A DNA stretch of 62,881 nucleotides, counting the filler, from Bipalium vagum (Eukaryota): assembly GCA_037834085.1 (NCBI GenBank). It is 3 parts of 3 records of this genome, joined end to end, with 100 filler letters (N's around TTAATTAATTAA, not from the genome) between each part and the next. Parts side by side here need not be neighbours in the genome. Positions count along the whole stretch, not along the records: positions 17,787 to 36,955 come from JBBMKC010005468.1; positions 37,056 to 62,881 come from JBBMKC010172197.1; 1 more part is not named here. One strand, written 5' to 3'. Each line of letters opens with the position of its first letter. The stretch's first letter is position 1. Shown here piece by piece: positions 25,161-37,093 of this stretch. The position numbers were made by a program, and so were the translations under genes. The notes beneath the pieces were generated by a model. The model saw nothing but the letters and a program-made list of their open reading frames with translations, was not told the origin of the DNA and searched no databases.

Positions 25161-26341
25161 TTTTCAGTTTCCAAAAAGCGCACTAAAAAACCTTTAAAGA
25201 AATGCATCTTTAAAATATAAATAAATTGTTAATTAATTAATTAATTAATTAGGTAATGCATTTTAATTAACTCCTTAAAAAGTCCTTGAAAAATGTTCCC
25301 TAAAATTATTTTTAGCCTAATTAAAACCCGTCAAAAATCGTTAAAATATTATTGAGAAGTTTTAAAGAGTAGTGAAGTGAAAATTTTGAGAGAAAATGGG
25401 GAAAACGAAGGAATTAGCTCCCCAAAACGATTATCAAGTAGCAAATGCGGAAATTTCGAGAATGCTCGTCTTCAAACTGATTAGTTTAGAATCAATATAT
25501 AAGGAAAAGCATTTCCTCACAATTTCACCCTCAAAAACGCGATCCCTTTGCTGAGTGATACTTTTGTGATATTGTTATCATTGGAATTTTGTGACATAAA
25601 TAACACTATTGTTTTGCTGATCGTTATTATTTTGCACCAACTAAGTGTTGGAGTCAGGTTAAAATCAATACACTAAATATTGACCAAAATGGTGAACATT
25701 AATAAAAGTAAAAACGAAAATTTAAAATAAGTTAAATTAAAAATAAAGTTTTTATTCGAAATAGAAAATGATTCGACCTTAATAAAACACTCTTTAGTAA
25801 AGTAACAATAAAATTGTTTTATGCTATAATTTCATTTAACCTAAAGTAATTAAAGTACCCGTACATTGACACAGATTAAAGGAAATAATAAAAGTTTTTA
25901 TCTTTAAGGTAATTCATAATGTTTTTGCTAAGTAATTATTCACATGATTCAAAAACTGATGATTTGTTAAACTGAAACCCGCAAAAATTTATTAACCACA
26001 TTACCAGACACGAAAAAAACATCAATTTTAGTCAACATGCTTTTTCTTTTGAAAAGTAAATTAAATTTTGACTACATGTAGTATGAGGTATCTGCTTTGC
26101 TTATTTGCTCTTAAACCACAATAATTGATTTTCTGTGTCATTAAAGATTTGGTTTTCAATGTTTCCAGAGCAGAAAGATCTTTCAACAACTCGCAAACAT
26201 TTTCTGTTATTATATTCATTTTAGGGGAATACCTGGTCAGTTCAGAAGTGGTACTTTTTCAGGTTCCAGTCTTTAAATTGGCACCATCTTCCATGAACTG
26301 TATTCGTTCACGTAATTCATTCTGGATCTGTAAGAGGTTCT

Positions 26342-27030
26342 GTGGCTGATTCATGTAAATTACACAATATAAAGTTTTCCAAATCCAAAAACACTGTTGC
26401 CCGTCGAATTGATGATATTGGAAATAATATTCTCCACCAGAGTACTGTTAAAGCACAGCGTTTCACTCGGTATACCCTTGCCATGGACAAATCAACTAGT
26501 GTTTATGACAGTTCACAACTTTTAGTTTTAGTTAGTGAAGTTGACGAAGAGCTTACTATCCCACAAGATCTAGTCTCCCTTAACAAACACATACATCATC
26601 ACAACTGCACAATTTGTTTTCAAAGAAAAACACAAAGCGTTGAGAAAGTATAACTTGAACTGGAATTGACTCCAATGTGTGAAAATTGATGGGAAAAGAA
26701 ATATATCTAGTGCAAACATGGAAAAATTAGTAAAGCTTTAGAAGGAAAAGGAGAATCAATGCCAATGTTGTGCACTGTGTTATTCATCAACTCGTACTAT
26801 GATTAAAACATATTGATATGAGGTCGGTTTCGAAAACAATTGTTTCATTCGTAAATTTTATTCGTTCAAGTGCACTCAATCATCCTCAATTTTGATCTTT
26901 TCTTGAACAAATTTCAGCGGACTTCGTTGTCTTAAAATGCTATTGCAGTTTTTCTTGTTGAGAAAAATCATCTTGAACCACTGTTATGAGAAGTACAGTG
27001 TTTCTGGAAGTTGATTTTTTTTGCAGATGT
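26342..27030 (+). mobile_element. hAT SPIN/GTF2IRD2-like transposase remnant
   Basis: SKNTVARRIDDIGNNILHQ...FTRYTLAMDKSTSVYDSSQLLVLVSEVDEELTIPQDLVSL, then HCVIHQ, VNFIRSSALNHPQF and WKLIFFADV. Confidence 0.85.
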
Positions 27031-27419
27031 CGTGACACGTGAATTACTTGAGCATAAAGGTCCAGAGTAAGAGAGAGGTGATTGTCTATTATTATTGATA
27101 TAACCCATTATTTATCGGTCATTGACATGTTATCCCTGCTTGCTATAAATGATTACTAAATTTAATTTGTTTTAATTAGCCGAAGGACAAAAAACTTAAT
27201 TCCGACAAATTTTTTTTCTCTTCATCAAAAATTTATTTTTCTCATATCGATCGAGACTTCGGCATACTTTCATGAAAGTTAAGATAGAAGCATGAACAAT
27301 TAATAAATAATTATCGGATCATACATAGTTTTATCTGTGATAAACTTTCACATAAACGCCCTTTTACAAACTTAGATCAGTTACCGATAATAAATGCTTA
27401 CTATTTACAATGATTCTAT

Positions 27420-27540
27420 AATAATAATAAATATTATTATTAATACTATTAATATTAATATTAATATTATTATTAATATTATTATTAATATTAGTATTAA
27501 TATTATTATTAATATTATTATTAATATTATTATTATAAAT
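27420..27540. repeat. Degenerate AT-rich tandem repeat (ATTATTAAT-like units)
   Basis: Imperfect 6-12 bp units; produces the spurious I/N-rich ORF 27394-27600. Confidence 0.9.
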
Positions 27541-28039
27541 TACCTAATTTTTTCAGCTTCATTTCGAAAATCTATAACGTACTGTTATTTTATAATTTAA
27601 AAGAGAAATATTGAGATTTAATGTAATTATTAAAGAATAAAAATAAGTTAATTATCAAATATTTATTAATAATTCCATGTGATAATTCTGGTTAATAATT
27701 TTATGGTTCAGGCTTTAAAGGAATTTTGGGGAAAATTACGACAGAAGGAGTGGTTTGGAGAAACAGTGGTGATTAATAATTAATAAGATTGATGTGGATA
27801 ATGAATTTTATTATCAATTAATTACAATTTAAGAGATTTTATTTTATTTCTGCTAATATAAGGGATCTAAAATCAAAAATGTATTTCTCATTTGCATATC
27901 ATTTACTTCCGATGGATTTCAGGACTTTAGAATAAAATTTGGATCATCTTTTTTTGACCAATTTCCAAAATTATGGGAAATTTTTTTCAGTCCAAAGAAA
28001 ACCTTTTTTTGAAAAATTTAAGATCTCTCTGAACAAGTA

Positions 28040-28420
28040 CAGGATGTCTCAAAAATATATACATTCTTTAACTATATATCGTTAAGTATCTATAAGTCTT
28101 GTTTTATAGTTTGTTTAAATAATCAAATAACTGGTAAGAAATTACGGATATTTTAAACCTATAAATTTATTCTAAAAGGTTGAATCATTAAAGGTAGATT
28201 GAACTTTAAGCAGCAAAAATTTATTATCAAAAATTGCTTCAAGTTTGGAAACATAACAGAGATACAGACCCTGTTCAAGAAAGAATTTCAGATAGACCCT
28301 CCAACAAGACAGACAATAAGTCGAATAAAAGATAAATTCGAAAAAGAAGGAACTATTAATAATGTTAACAAGAACAGTTCTGAAAGACGGAGAATATTAT
28401 ATTTACCTAAGGAAATATAA
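28040..28420 (+). mobile_element. 5' part of a DUF4817-type Tc1/mariner element
   Basis: TA|CAGGATGTCTC end resembles a CAGGGTGTC TIR. ORF FKFGNITEIQTLFKKEFQIDPPTRQTISRIKDKFEKEGTI is the DUF4817-type HTH. Confidence 0.75.
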
Positions 28421-29423
28421 AAGAATTTGGAGAAATTTGGGTTTCTAGTTCAAAAAATTAAATAAAACTGAAGTAATTCTTTTCATGTTAACCCTGTTTT
28501 ACTCTTTTCTAAAGAAGAAAAATAGAAGATTTATTAGCACCGCTTTATTTACGTTCTCCATGGATACCGAAATAATTCTGACAATTGCGGAATTTATCTG
28601 TTTACCAGACAAATAAAATATTCTAACGAGAACCTTTTGATAAATTATGAACGAGAAGTCAAATAAATGAGATAATGGAGATATCAGGCTTCTTTGAAAA
28701 CAGATTTCCATTTTGCAGTCACTTTATTCTCGGATTCACAGAAATAATTGCGAAGCAGCCAACTTCCTCCAAAAATGGTGCAATAATTATTTAAAATATC
28801 TCTTTGTCTGATATTTAATTTTTCGTAATTGTTCAACCGTGTCACGAAAAAGTAAAATCATTTAATAATAATTCATAAAAATTATTTGGAAAGAAAGGAT
28901 TTTACAAATAATAAGAAGCACAAAATTTTCTATTATTAGATTAGAACTAAATATTTTGGACAAAAACAAAACAATAATATTTAATAGTAATAATAATATC
29001 AATAGTAAATATTAGTAATTTTTCTCATTATAAAGGAGGGTAATCAAACCATGGGAATTTTATTTTTAAAATCATATATTTTAATTTATTGGATTACTGA
29101 AAATAACATTTAAAATAATAATTATTTAAAATTTAATAATTTAAAAATAATTTAATAATATTTCAAAACCTAATAAAATTTAACTAATTATTTTGAATAT
29201 ATAACAAAATTTTAATGTATTATTTTTATTCATCTTACTATATGATTACCATAGTTTGACTAAATATTTTTGAATATTTCGGATTTGCAAAAACATGATT
29301 AGGTAATCAAAAACCTTTAAATAATGGATTATAAGCCGATAGATGTTAATAATCAATAATACTTAGTAATATTAATATTTACTAATATAATTATTGATTA
29401 ATTTTAATTCAATAATAATAATA

Positions 29424-30362
29424 CAGTCTACCCTCTACTATTTACCACCTTTAATTTTTACGACCTCTAATTTTTTCATATAAATAAAAAATCATACACA
29501 TTTTAAGGCTTTATTCTATTTTTTCCACTTTTTATATCACATTTTTAAATATTTGTTTTAATAATATCGAAATTTATATTTTATTAGTCGGTTTGAGTAT
29601 AAATCTATTTATTTCTAAATTTTAATAAATTTTTTTTATTCTAATAATGAAAAGCAAAAGAATATCTTTAAAAGAAAAAATAGAAATATTAGAATATTGT
29701 AAGAAAAAGTCTAGTATAAAGCATAAATAACTCTAAAAGATGCAATTATTTACCTGGCATATGGTTGGAAAGGTATTTCTCAATCAACAATTGTAAATTG
29801 TTGGGCGAAAACAGGATTGGTAAAATCAAAAGAAACTATTGAAAATCTGGAAAGTGATAACATTGGTGAATTAATACAGAGATTAGAAAATATAGATCCA
29901 ATTAATCAAAAATAAATGATTAAATTGGATTTAAAACCACAAGACAACTTATGTGATTATATTTTATGTTTAGATGATAATGATTTAGTTGAAGAAATAG
30001 AAAATAATAAAGACAAGAATGAAGTCATTACAGAATTAAGTTTGCAAACAGTTTTGAATTATTTTCATGAATTAAAATCATACGTAGTAAGTTTAGATAA
30101 TCTTACAAGTGATGACATTATTTCCCTAATTAATTAAAGTCATTATAAAGCAAACTTTAAACAGAAAGCAGAAGACAATTATGCATTACTTTACGAAGGA
30201 ATGAAAAAATTGTATTATAAATAAATATTTGTGGATTTTTAAACAATTTTGTTATCTGTATTAGTGTGTCATATTTATTATGTAACCATTTCCCTTCTAA
30301 TTTTTGCCAAATTCTAATTTTTTCAAGGTTCCCGATTGTGGTAAATATTAGAGTGTAGACTG
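29424..30362 (+). mobile_element. Internally deleted Tigger/pogo element (939 bp) with TIRs and TA TSD
   Basis: 25-bp TIRs CAGTCTACCCTCTACTATTTACCAC (29424-29448) and 30338-30362 with 2 mismatches, flanked by TA. Keeps MKSKRISLKEKIEILE, ITLKDAIIYLAYGWKGISQSTIVNCWAKTGL and terminal KQKTIMHYF; catalytic core deleted. Confidence 0.92.
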
Positions 30363-30829
30363 TAATAATATTTTTTCCATATTAAAATTTATTTCAAAAA
30401 ACTTTCATTTCTAAATTTATAATTTAATAATTTAACAATATTATTAAATAAAATATATAAATTAAGTGTTTGATAACAAGTTTTTGATTAAAATGAAATT
30501 CTATTTAATTAAAGCAATAAAATTTTGATTTTTAAAGAAAAAGTTTATTTAAAACCAGGGAGAAATTCTACAGACGGTCTAATGAATTGATGAAGCTTTC
30601 AGCAGACAATGAAAGAAATTAACTGGACAAAAGTATTTGTTCCAGTGGTATTGTCTGGCTACTTTGAAAGAGATTTGTAGGACCATGTGCTATGAAAATT
30701 AATTAATTGTTAAGGCAACATTTAATGTATTTTAAACCTACAATTTTATCACTTAAAAAAATTACAAATAATATCCAGATACTCAGAAATCAAATAATTT
30801 ATTCTCGAATTTGCAATTATGTGAAAAGA

Positions 30830-30889
30830 CACTGGGTGGATAATTGATGAATTCACAGTCCACTGACCACACGGTCGGATATATTTATT
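30830..30889 (-). CDS. Candidate further exon of the SOL-1-like gene (3' boundary uncertain)
   Basis: Acceptor TTTACAG| at 30890; phase-0 reading NKYIRPCGQWTVNSSIIHP would follow ...YQFMKKK and supply a CG typical of a CUB start. Weak. Confidence 0.25.
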
Positions 30890-31049
30890 CTGTAAATTTC
30901 TTTTAGTGTTTGAGAAAATGAAAATAGTTTTTAAAACTGCTTTGTACTACTGGAAAATTATCCCTCTTTAAATATTTTTTATTTTTAATAATTATTATTA
31001 TTAATATATTATTATATATTTATAATAATATTAACAGTAATACTAATAA

Positions 31050-31680
31050 TTGTTTTTTGGATTGTGGTTGGTATTCTTCGTAATAATAGAACATACTTGG
31101 GGATTTTTCGTTTAAAAATTCGTTTTCCACATCCATTCATAAAGGTATATTTGTAGATCCATACAATATACCGTCTAATGTAATGATTGAGATTTCCTTA
31201 AATATAGTATACTCTGTTTATGAGCGCCAGTCTCCTTTTTTACAAAATTATTCTGATAATTTACATTCAGATGTACATATTCATTGTCTCCTTTCATTAC
31301 TCATTATAATTGAACAGAGATGGGAAACAGTTCTTACAATGAGTAATAATGGTGCATCATTTCTATCCTCTATCACCTGGAAAATATATTTGCATTCTTT
31401 GAATCATCAACCATACCAAAAACTTACAGTTCATGGTCATGGTCATGTGTTTTTTTCCGCTGGTCAGTTTAGATTTCAGGTTTCAGTTGATCGTTATCTA
31501 GTACTATTGGTTGAGTTCCATGCTTCTCATTTTTCCTACTTTCAATTGATCTACGGAATTTGGAAAACCACAATCGAACTGTTCGTTCATTAGTTGTGCA
31601 TGTGCCGAAAGCAGCATTAATTTTAGAAGCTGTCTCTTGCTCCAAGGCTTTTTAAATAAAAAAGATTTCGATTTCTCATC
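31050..31680 (-). mobile_element. Degenerate mariner remnant
   Basis: Minus strand ETASKINAAFGTCTTNERTVRLWFSKFR...IVLDNDQLK (mariner HTH), followed by a decayed core. Confidence 0.75.
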
Positions 31681-31699
31681 TTGCTTGACATGATTTCAG

Positions 31700-33650
31700 G
31701 GAGGAAAAGATTAGAATTAGATCCAAATGATCCATCTGATGTCTTGTTGAGTTCAAAAATGTCGGAAATACTTTACAAGACCTTGACATGATCTTACAAA
31801 GACCTCATCTATTTGGATCCAGAAGATGTTCTGTTGAATCTATTACTCAACCGGATCATTGAAACTAATCAACTGCCAACATCATGGCACGCTACAAAAT
31901 TGTCACTTATCACTCTGCTTTATAAAAATAAAAGATGCATTTGGTAGTGTGCTTATCTATGGTCGTTACTACTTCACATTACCACAAATATACCAATACA
32001 CAAAGATATTTGTCAAGGGTGTGCGATATCGATTACACTATTTTCAATTGCAATTAATCCAGTCTTGGAGTTTTTACATTCCTTACCCACTTCAGGCTTT
32101 CTAATTGGTCAATTGAGATAACTGATTGAATGGGATTAGAATTTATACCAGAAAAATGTGCATTTTTGAGCTTGTCACAAAATGACGATGGTATTGAAAT
32201 TGACATCTACAATTTCAAGATTAAAAAGATAATGGCCAAGGAGTTTTATTAATATCTATGAGTTCCTGTAGGTGATAAAAACTATCAATCACCCTACGAA
32301 TTGCAAGGAAAAATAATATTTGACATTGGTAAACTGGTAAACAGCGATCTAGCTGATTGGAAAAAGGTAAAAGCATATAAAGTGTTTTTACATTTCAGAC
32401 TGCCATTCGCATACAAAAATATTAACAAAAATTCAACAATAAAATCTATAATGACAATAAAAGTACCAAAGATCAAAAAAATTGTCAGTTTTATTGGTCA
32501 ATTGCATTTGGATGTGGTAGTTTCACTGATCTGCACGACAAATATTTGATTCAGTCATTAGTTCAAGTATTTTGACCTTTGAATTCTTTCTGCAATTTTA
32601 CAGAAATAATCATTCGTGATTCATTAGATTATGTAAGTAGACCAAGACTGAGAATAGATAATCCGACAATAGCTGATTGCTTAGAATGGTTAAATGGCAA
32701 AAAATAGAAAACAAACATGAATCGAAAAAAACATGGTGGATCCGAATCAGAAGCACTATTAAATTTCTTTCCACACTACATCAATTAACTTGTAGTTTTG
32801 AAGTGATAAAGGAAGAAATTTTCCTGCGACTAACTCACAATATTCGTGGCACTTACCTAATCCGGCCTAATAATCGCAATGAAATATCTCATATATTGCA
32901 TCAATCCATTTATGAAGCTTATAAAGTAAAGTGTGAAAATCCGGATGGAGTAATTTCTTTGCAAGGACCTTTAATTTATGCCCATCAACAAACAAAAGCC
33001 TTTTTCATGGAGTACGGGGAAGTTTTATCTTGAAATTTATTCACAAAGCCAGAATCAACACATTGGTAATAAATGATCGCCCATTTATTAATAAAGACCA
33101 GGCGCCTATGTAGACGCTGCCATTCTCAGAATAAATAAATGATTCATGTGTTTCATGTTTTGCAAGAGCAACCTTTCTTTTATTGGATAAAGACATGATA
33201 TTTGTCTGGAAAAAATCTTTAATGAATTTCAAAGACCAAAACGGTTTCAGAAAAATATGTTCAAGACTCAAAAGAGAGAGTAGATTTAATCATTACAAAC
33301 ATAGAGAAGAATGTTATTTACTTGGTTGATTTAAAATGTCGAATTGACTCTTTACGAAACTTTGATAGAAGTGATAATAAAAAAATATCGTCAAGTATTC
33401 GGACTTGAAGAGAATAATTAAGCTGATGAAACCTGATTATAATATACAACTGAAGATGCTGATTATTGGATCTCTTTTGACTATACATCCGGCTATAATA
33501 GACATTCTAATTAATATTGGAATTCCAAAAAGGAAATCAAGTGCACTTCAAATATTGATCAATCGACGAAGATTTGGAACTTCTTATAAACTATCTTTAA
33601 AGCCTAACTAGACTTCAAAAATTGATTTTAGGCAAGGTTAATAAATAAAC
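31700..33650 (+). mobile_element. Degenerate NeSL/R2-type (RLE) non-LTR retrotransposon, 5'-truncated
   Basis: Co-linear RT motifs YKDLIYLDPE...LLNRII...LPTSW, LCFIKIKDAFGSV, QGCAISITLFSIAINP, GLEFIPEKCA, Y*YL*VPVG and SDLADWKKVKAYKVF; then *(W)-KFIHKARINTL, a decayed zinc knuckle (RRCH), RHD, LVDLKCRIDS and LIIGSL of the RLE domain; AATAAA near 33640. The YADD region appears deleted. Confidence 0.88.
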
Positions 33651-34211
33651 TTGTTTCTAGTTGGCAAAAATATAAAGTCAAATAATCTCACCAGTTTTTA
33701 ATTAAAAAGTAATTTCTTTTCCACAAACCTAATAAAATAATTCGATGGCATACATACGAACAATAGGAAACAAAGATTGTAATTCATTGATAAAGTTTAT
33801 CTTTTAGTGAATTGCAGAGTTATTCGACTTACCTTTCACAAAGCATATATACAATATATACAACCTGTACATCTATTCGAATAGAAAAGATATGAAAATG
33901 TTAAGACATTAGCTGGGTTCTTGTAAGAAGAATGAAAATTGATTAGAATCTCAAAAAGAATTAATATAGACTACAAACCCACGGAAGACAATCATAAACA
34001 AGGTGAGAGGATATCTTTTAATTTCAGTGTTACTAAAATGCTTAGGTGAATCTTTCAAAATGAATGGAACTTTGCATTACCATTTTTTCATTTATATTTC
34101 AATAAAGATTTTTTGAAACCATAAAAATTCCGAAAAAAATCATTACTTTTCTTATTATTATTTTTATTATTATATCATTAAAATATGCCCAATGTTACCC
34201 GCAAATAAAAC

Positions 34212-34412
34212 CTTTTTCTTCATGAACTGATAATTTGCCAGAAATCCTGGACCACTTTTTTCTGAATTTGATTTGAAAATCAGAGTAAATCCAAGAGAGT
34301 TTTGTTGAGAGACAAGAATTCCCGGTATGGATGTTCCACAATATCTTTCGGTTTTGTTTTTTTGTATAAAACCATCAGCAGTCCGTACTATTTCAGACAC
34401 CGACAAATAATC
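34212..34412 (-). CDS. Exon of SOL-1-like CUB-domain protein (C-terminal half of a CUB domain)
   Basis: Acceptor TACAG| at 34413; reads DYLSVSE...RYCGTSIPGILVSQQNSLGFTLIFKSNSEKSGPGFLANYQFMKKK. Donor at 34212 (phase 0) or 34199 (phase 1). Joins in frame to the exon at 35682-35935. Confidence 0.85.
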
Positions 34413-34609
34413 CTGTACGAGTAATTTTAAAATGTTTCTTTTATTTCCAAATTTTATTAGTCAAAAATTTCAGTTGTTTTCAGAAAAAAAAATAGAAACA
34501 GATTTAAGAACTTTGACTTGATCATTTTTGGGTTCAAAATGCATCAGACTGTCAATATTACTGATAGTAAATTGTTTAACTTACATTAATGAAGGTAGTC
34601 ATTTATAGA

Positions 34610-35580
34610 CAGGGTGTCAATTATATAGCTTTACAGTTTTATGAGTAAATAAAAAATTACTCCTCCATATAAATTAACATTTTTTATTTTAAAACAGATA
34701 CATATACACAAAAGTGATATATTTTCAAAATGTTCTTCCTCAGGTTCCTTCCATTTACACAGGAACAGATTACCAAGATCTTCCACCAAAATCAATAGAC
34801 ATATTGGAAAATACATCAGAGTTTTTGTTTCAAATCTTACAATAAAAGAGTTGGTTTTGAATAAACTATCCGCTTAATATGTCTCAAGACAAAATGCTCA
34901 AACCGTTGTGGCCACTAAATAGTTCACCTTCTGTCAAAACACTTTCCTGTCATAGCCATTCAGGAACTGCAACAGACCAGTATGCAAGAGAGCCGTCTTG
35001 CATAAAGTGTATTGAGTAAGCTAAGATTAAATGATTAAAAGCAGGCCAAAATAAGCGTAAGATATTCAAATAATTTTGCCTATCACATTTTTGGTGAAGA
35101 AATATGATTCAATCAAGAAGCCAGGATAAACACAAGCCCATACTATGAGATCAGGCAAATTGACCGATCTATTCACTGGTAGATAAAGACTGTATAAGCA
35201 CCAATACACGCTGTGGTGTCTGTTCACACAGCCGACCATATGAAATTTAACCTCGTCAATCCATAAAATGAAGCTAAAAAGACTTGCATCTCTGTAATTC
35301 GAATGAGGAATTTCTCAGAAAATTCCACTCGTCTGTCAATAACTAGACCAATGTGAAGATGTAGGGTCTAAAATGCAATGTCCTCATCATTTTCACCATA
35401 CTTCGTTTCTCAATTACAAATGAGTCAACGAGAATATGTCAACATGTCAGACTTGAACAATAAACCTTTTGAACTAAATTATTGATGGTGTCTTTTTTTC
35501 GAAATGGGTCTTTTATTAAAACTTTCTAAAAAAGTGAACGACAGGTTTTAATTTTGAGGAAACGCAGTGTGTTTCTCTAA
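34610..35580 (-). mobile_element. Degenerate rosa/maT-type element inside the CUB-gene intron
   Basis: CAGGGTGTC end at 34610; minus strand has DEVKFHMVGCVNRH, NLPDLIVWACV and FMQDGSLAYW-VPEWL. Confidence 0.75.
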
Positions 35581-35681
35581 AATTATTTTTTTGTTTATGC
35601 TCTACATTTTATAGTGCAAACCACACTAAATTTCTGTACACTCACAATTATATTCGGGGGCTTAATCAAGAAAAATGTTAC

Positions 35682-35935
35682 CTGGCGACAAGATAAATGT
35701 ATATCATGATATGTAGTTAATTTCGAGGAAATCTCTTCCGATGTTTGAAAAGCTATAAAAATCAGTCGAATCATTTCATTTGGTTTAGCCAGAAAATCAT
35801 ATTGACAGGTTGAATTCTTTGGGTAAAAATTGTTGTAAAACGGAGAATTAATCAAGCCTTGGAGTCCTGTTTTGTGACTCTGGTACTGGTAATGACAGAC
35901 GCCCGAGGTAACTATCTGTCCGGAAATCCCGAAAT
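35682..35935 (-). CDS. Exon of SOL-1 (suppressor of lurcher)-like CUB-domain protein
   Basis: Acceptor TTTCAG| at 35936, donor CAG|GTAACA at 35682. Reads (D)FGISGQIVTSGVCHYQYQSHKTGLQGLINSPFYNNFYPKNSTCQYDFLAKPNEMIRLIF...CRQ, matching the recalled SOL-1 linker and CUB pattern (IPGT-G-C-F-Y-S...G-FNSP-YP-NYP-C-Y-F-A-PNEQV). Confidence 0.85.
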
Positions 35936-36049
35936 CTGAAAGATATCATTCTGTTAACTCAAATATAATAATTGATATGATTTTAAAACGCTCTAAGTAA
36001 TTGGTTTTCTTTAATTATAAATTATCCACTAAAACTTGATATGAGCTTT

Positions 36050-36900
36050 CAACAGAGTTTCAGTTATGAAGTGAATTAGGCAAAGTCATTGAGAGATATA
36101 CTCATTGGGAATAAATGGTTCAAAATAGTTTAAAAATAAAAAAACTGATGGAGCCAGGTGAGTAAACTGGGTGAGGCAGAACATTCCAACATAATTGCAG
36201 TGATATAATTATTTATTTGGTCTGTAAGGAAACATATGGTCTCACGTTATCCTGTTGAAAGATTACCCATATTTATTACTCAATCGCGGTCGCATTTCTC
36301 CGATTGTTGCCTTAAAATCATCGACTGGTTGCTCTTTGAAATTGATTGTTTCATTGTGTAATGTTAGATCAACTCATAATATATAATTCCTCTCCAGTCC
36401 CACCAAATACACAAAAATAAATCTTTACGGTGAAATTTATTCGGTGCTGCGGCTTGTGGATGTTCACTACATTTTTCCAAAGATCTTTTGTGCTGCTCAT
36501 TATTATATAAAATTCATTTTTCGTCTCCCGTAACAATTCTTTTGAATGAATTGCATGTTGATACTCGACGATTAAATTATTTTCACTTAAATGGTCTGAC
36601 ATTCAATGGTTTGAAATGGACCTTTGAGATGTCACGCTTTGTATATAATATGGGTTTTCCTTAATCAAATCTTCAATGTGTTCACTTTCAGTTAACAATG
36701 GTATCCTGAAAGTTGAGCGTCTTCACATTTTGCATCACCGGCTGGAACCTTTTAAACCAGTCCTGAAATAAGCGTTCACTCACTGCACTTTCACCATACA
36801 CTTCAAAGAATTTCTTTTTCTTCTTTATCAAAAAGGTAACATCAAACAGCGAAAATATTGATTAGTGTCTTTCTTGTTTTTCCTATAATTTCATGTCATA
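36050..36900 (-). mobile_element. Degenerate mariner remnant
   Basis: EVYGESAVSERLFQDWFKRF, VIFQQDNVRPYVSLQTK and WNVLPHPVYSP on the minus strand. Confidence 0.88.
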
Positions 36901-36955
36901 AGAATAATTTTTTAAAGAAAAATGTATTTACAATTACGCACAAGTTTGATTATTA

Positions 36956-37055
36956 NNNNNNNNNNNNNNNNNNNNNNNNNNNNNNNNNNNNNNNNNNNNT
37001 TAATTAATTAANNNNNNNNNNNNNNNNNNNNNNNNNNNNNNNNNNNNNNNNNNNN
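36956..37055. other. Artificial contig linker
   Basis: 44 N + TTAATTAATTAA (37000-37011) + 44 N. Confidence 0.95.

Positions 37056-37093
<38 letters not shown>

Noticed and set aside
25229-25251. TTAATTAATTAA run as a third linker
   Set aside because: Not flanked by N and longer than 12 bp; a natural (TTAA)n microsatellite.
27394-27600. 68-aa I/N-rich ORF
   Set aside because: Translation of an AT-rich tandem repeat.
28499-28790. Minus-strand 70-aa ORF as a host exon
   Set aside because: Stops in neighbouring frames, no clear splice sites and no family recognised; more likely decayed repeat.
30573-30581. AGACGGTCT as part of a flatworm spliced-leader exon near the NeSL-type element
   Set aside because: Only 9 nt match, no following SL sequence, donor or Sm site, and over 1 kb from the element.
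31183-31593. 136-aa plus-strand ORF as a viral or retroelement protein
   Set aside because: It is the antisense frame of a mariner remnant whose HTH is readable on the minus strand.
541-36900. Uni-strand piRNA cluster
   Set aside because: Transposon remnants are split roughly evenly between strands and the region crosses an artificial linker; no sequence support without small-RNA data.
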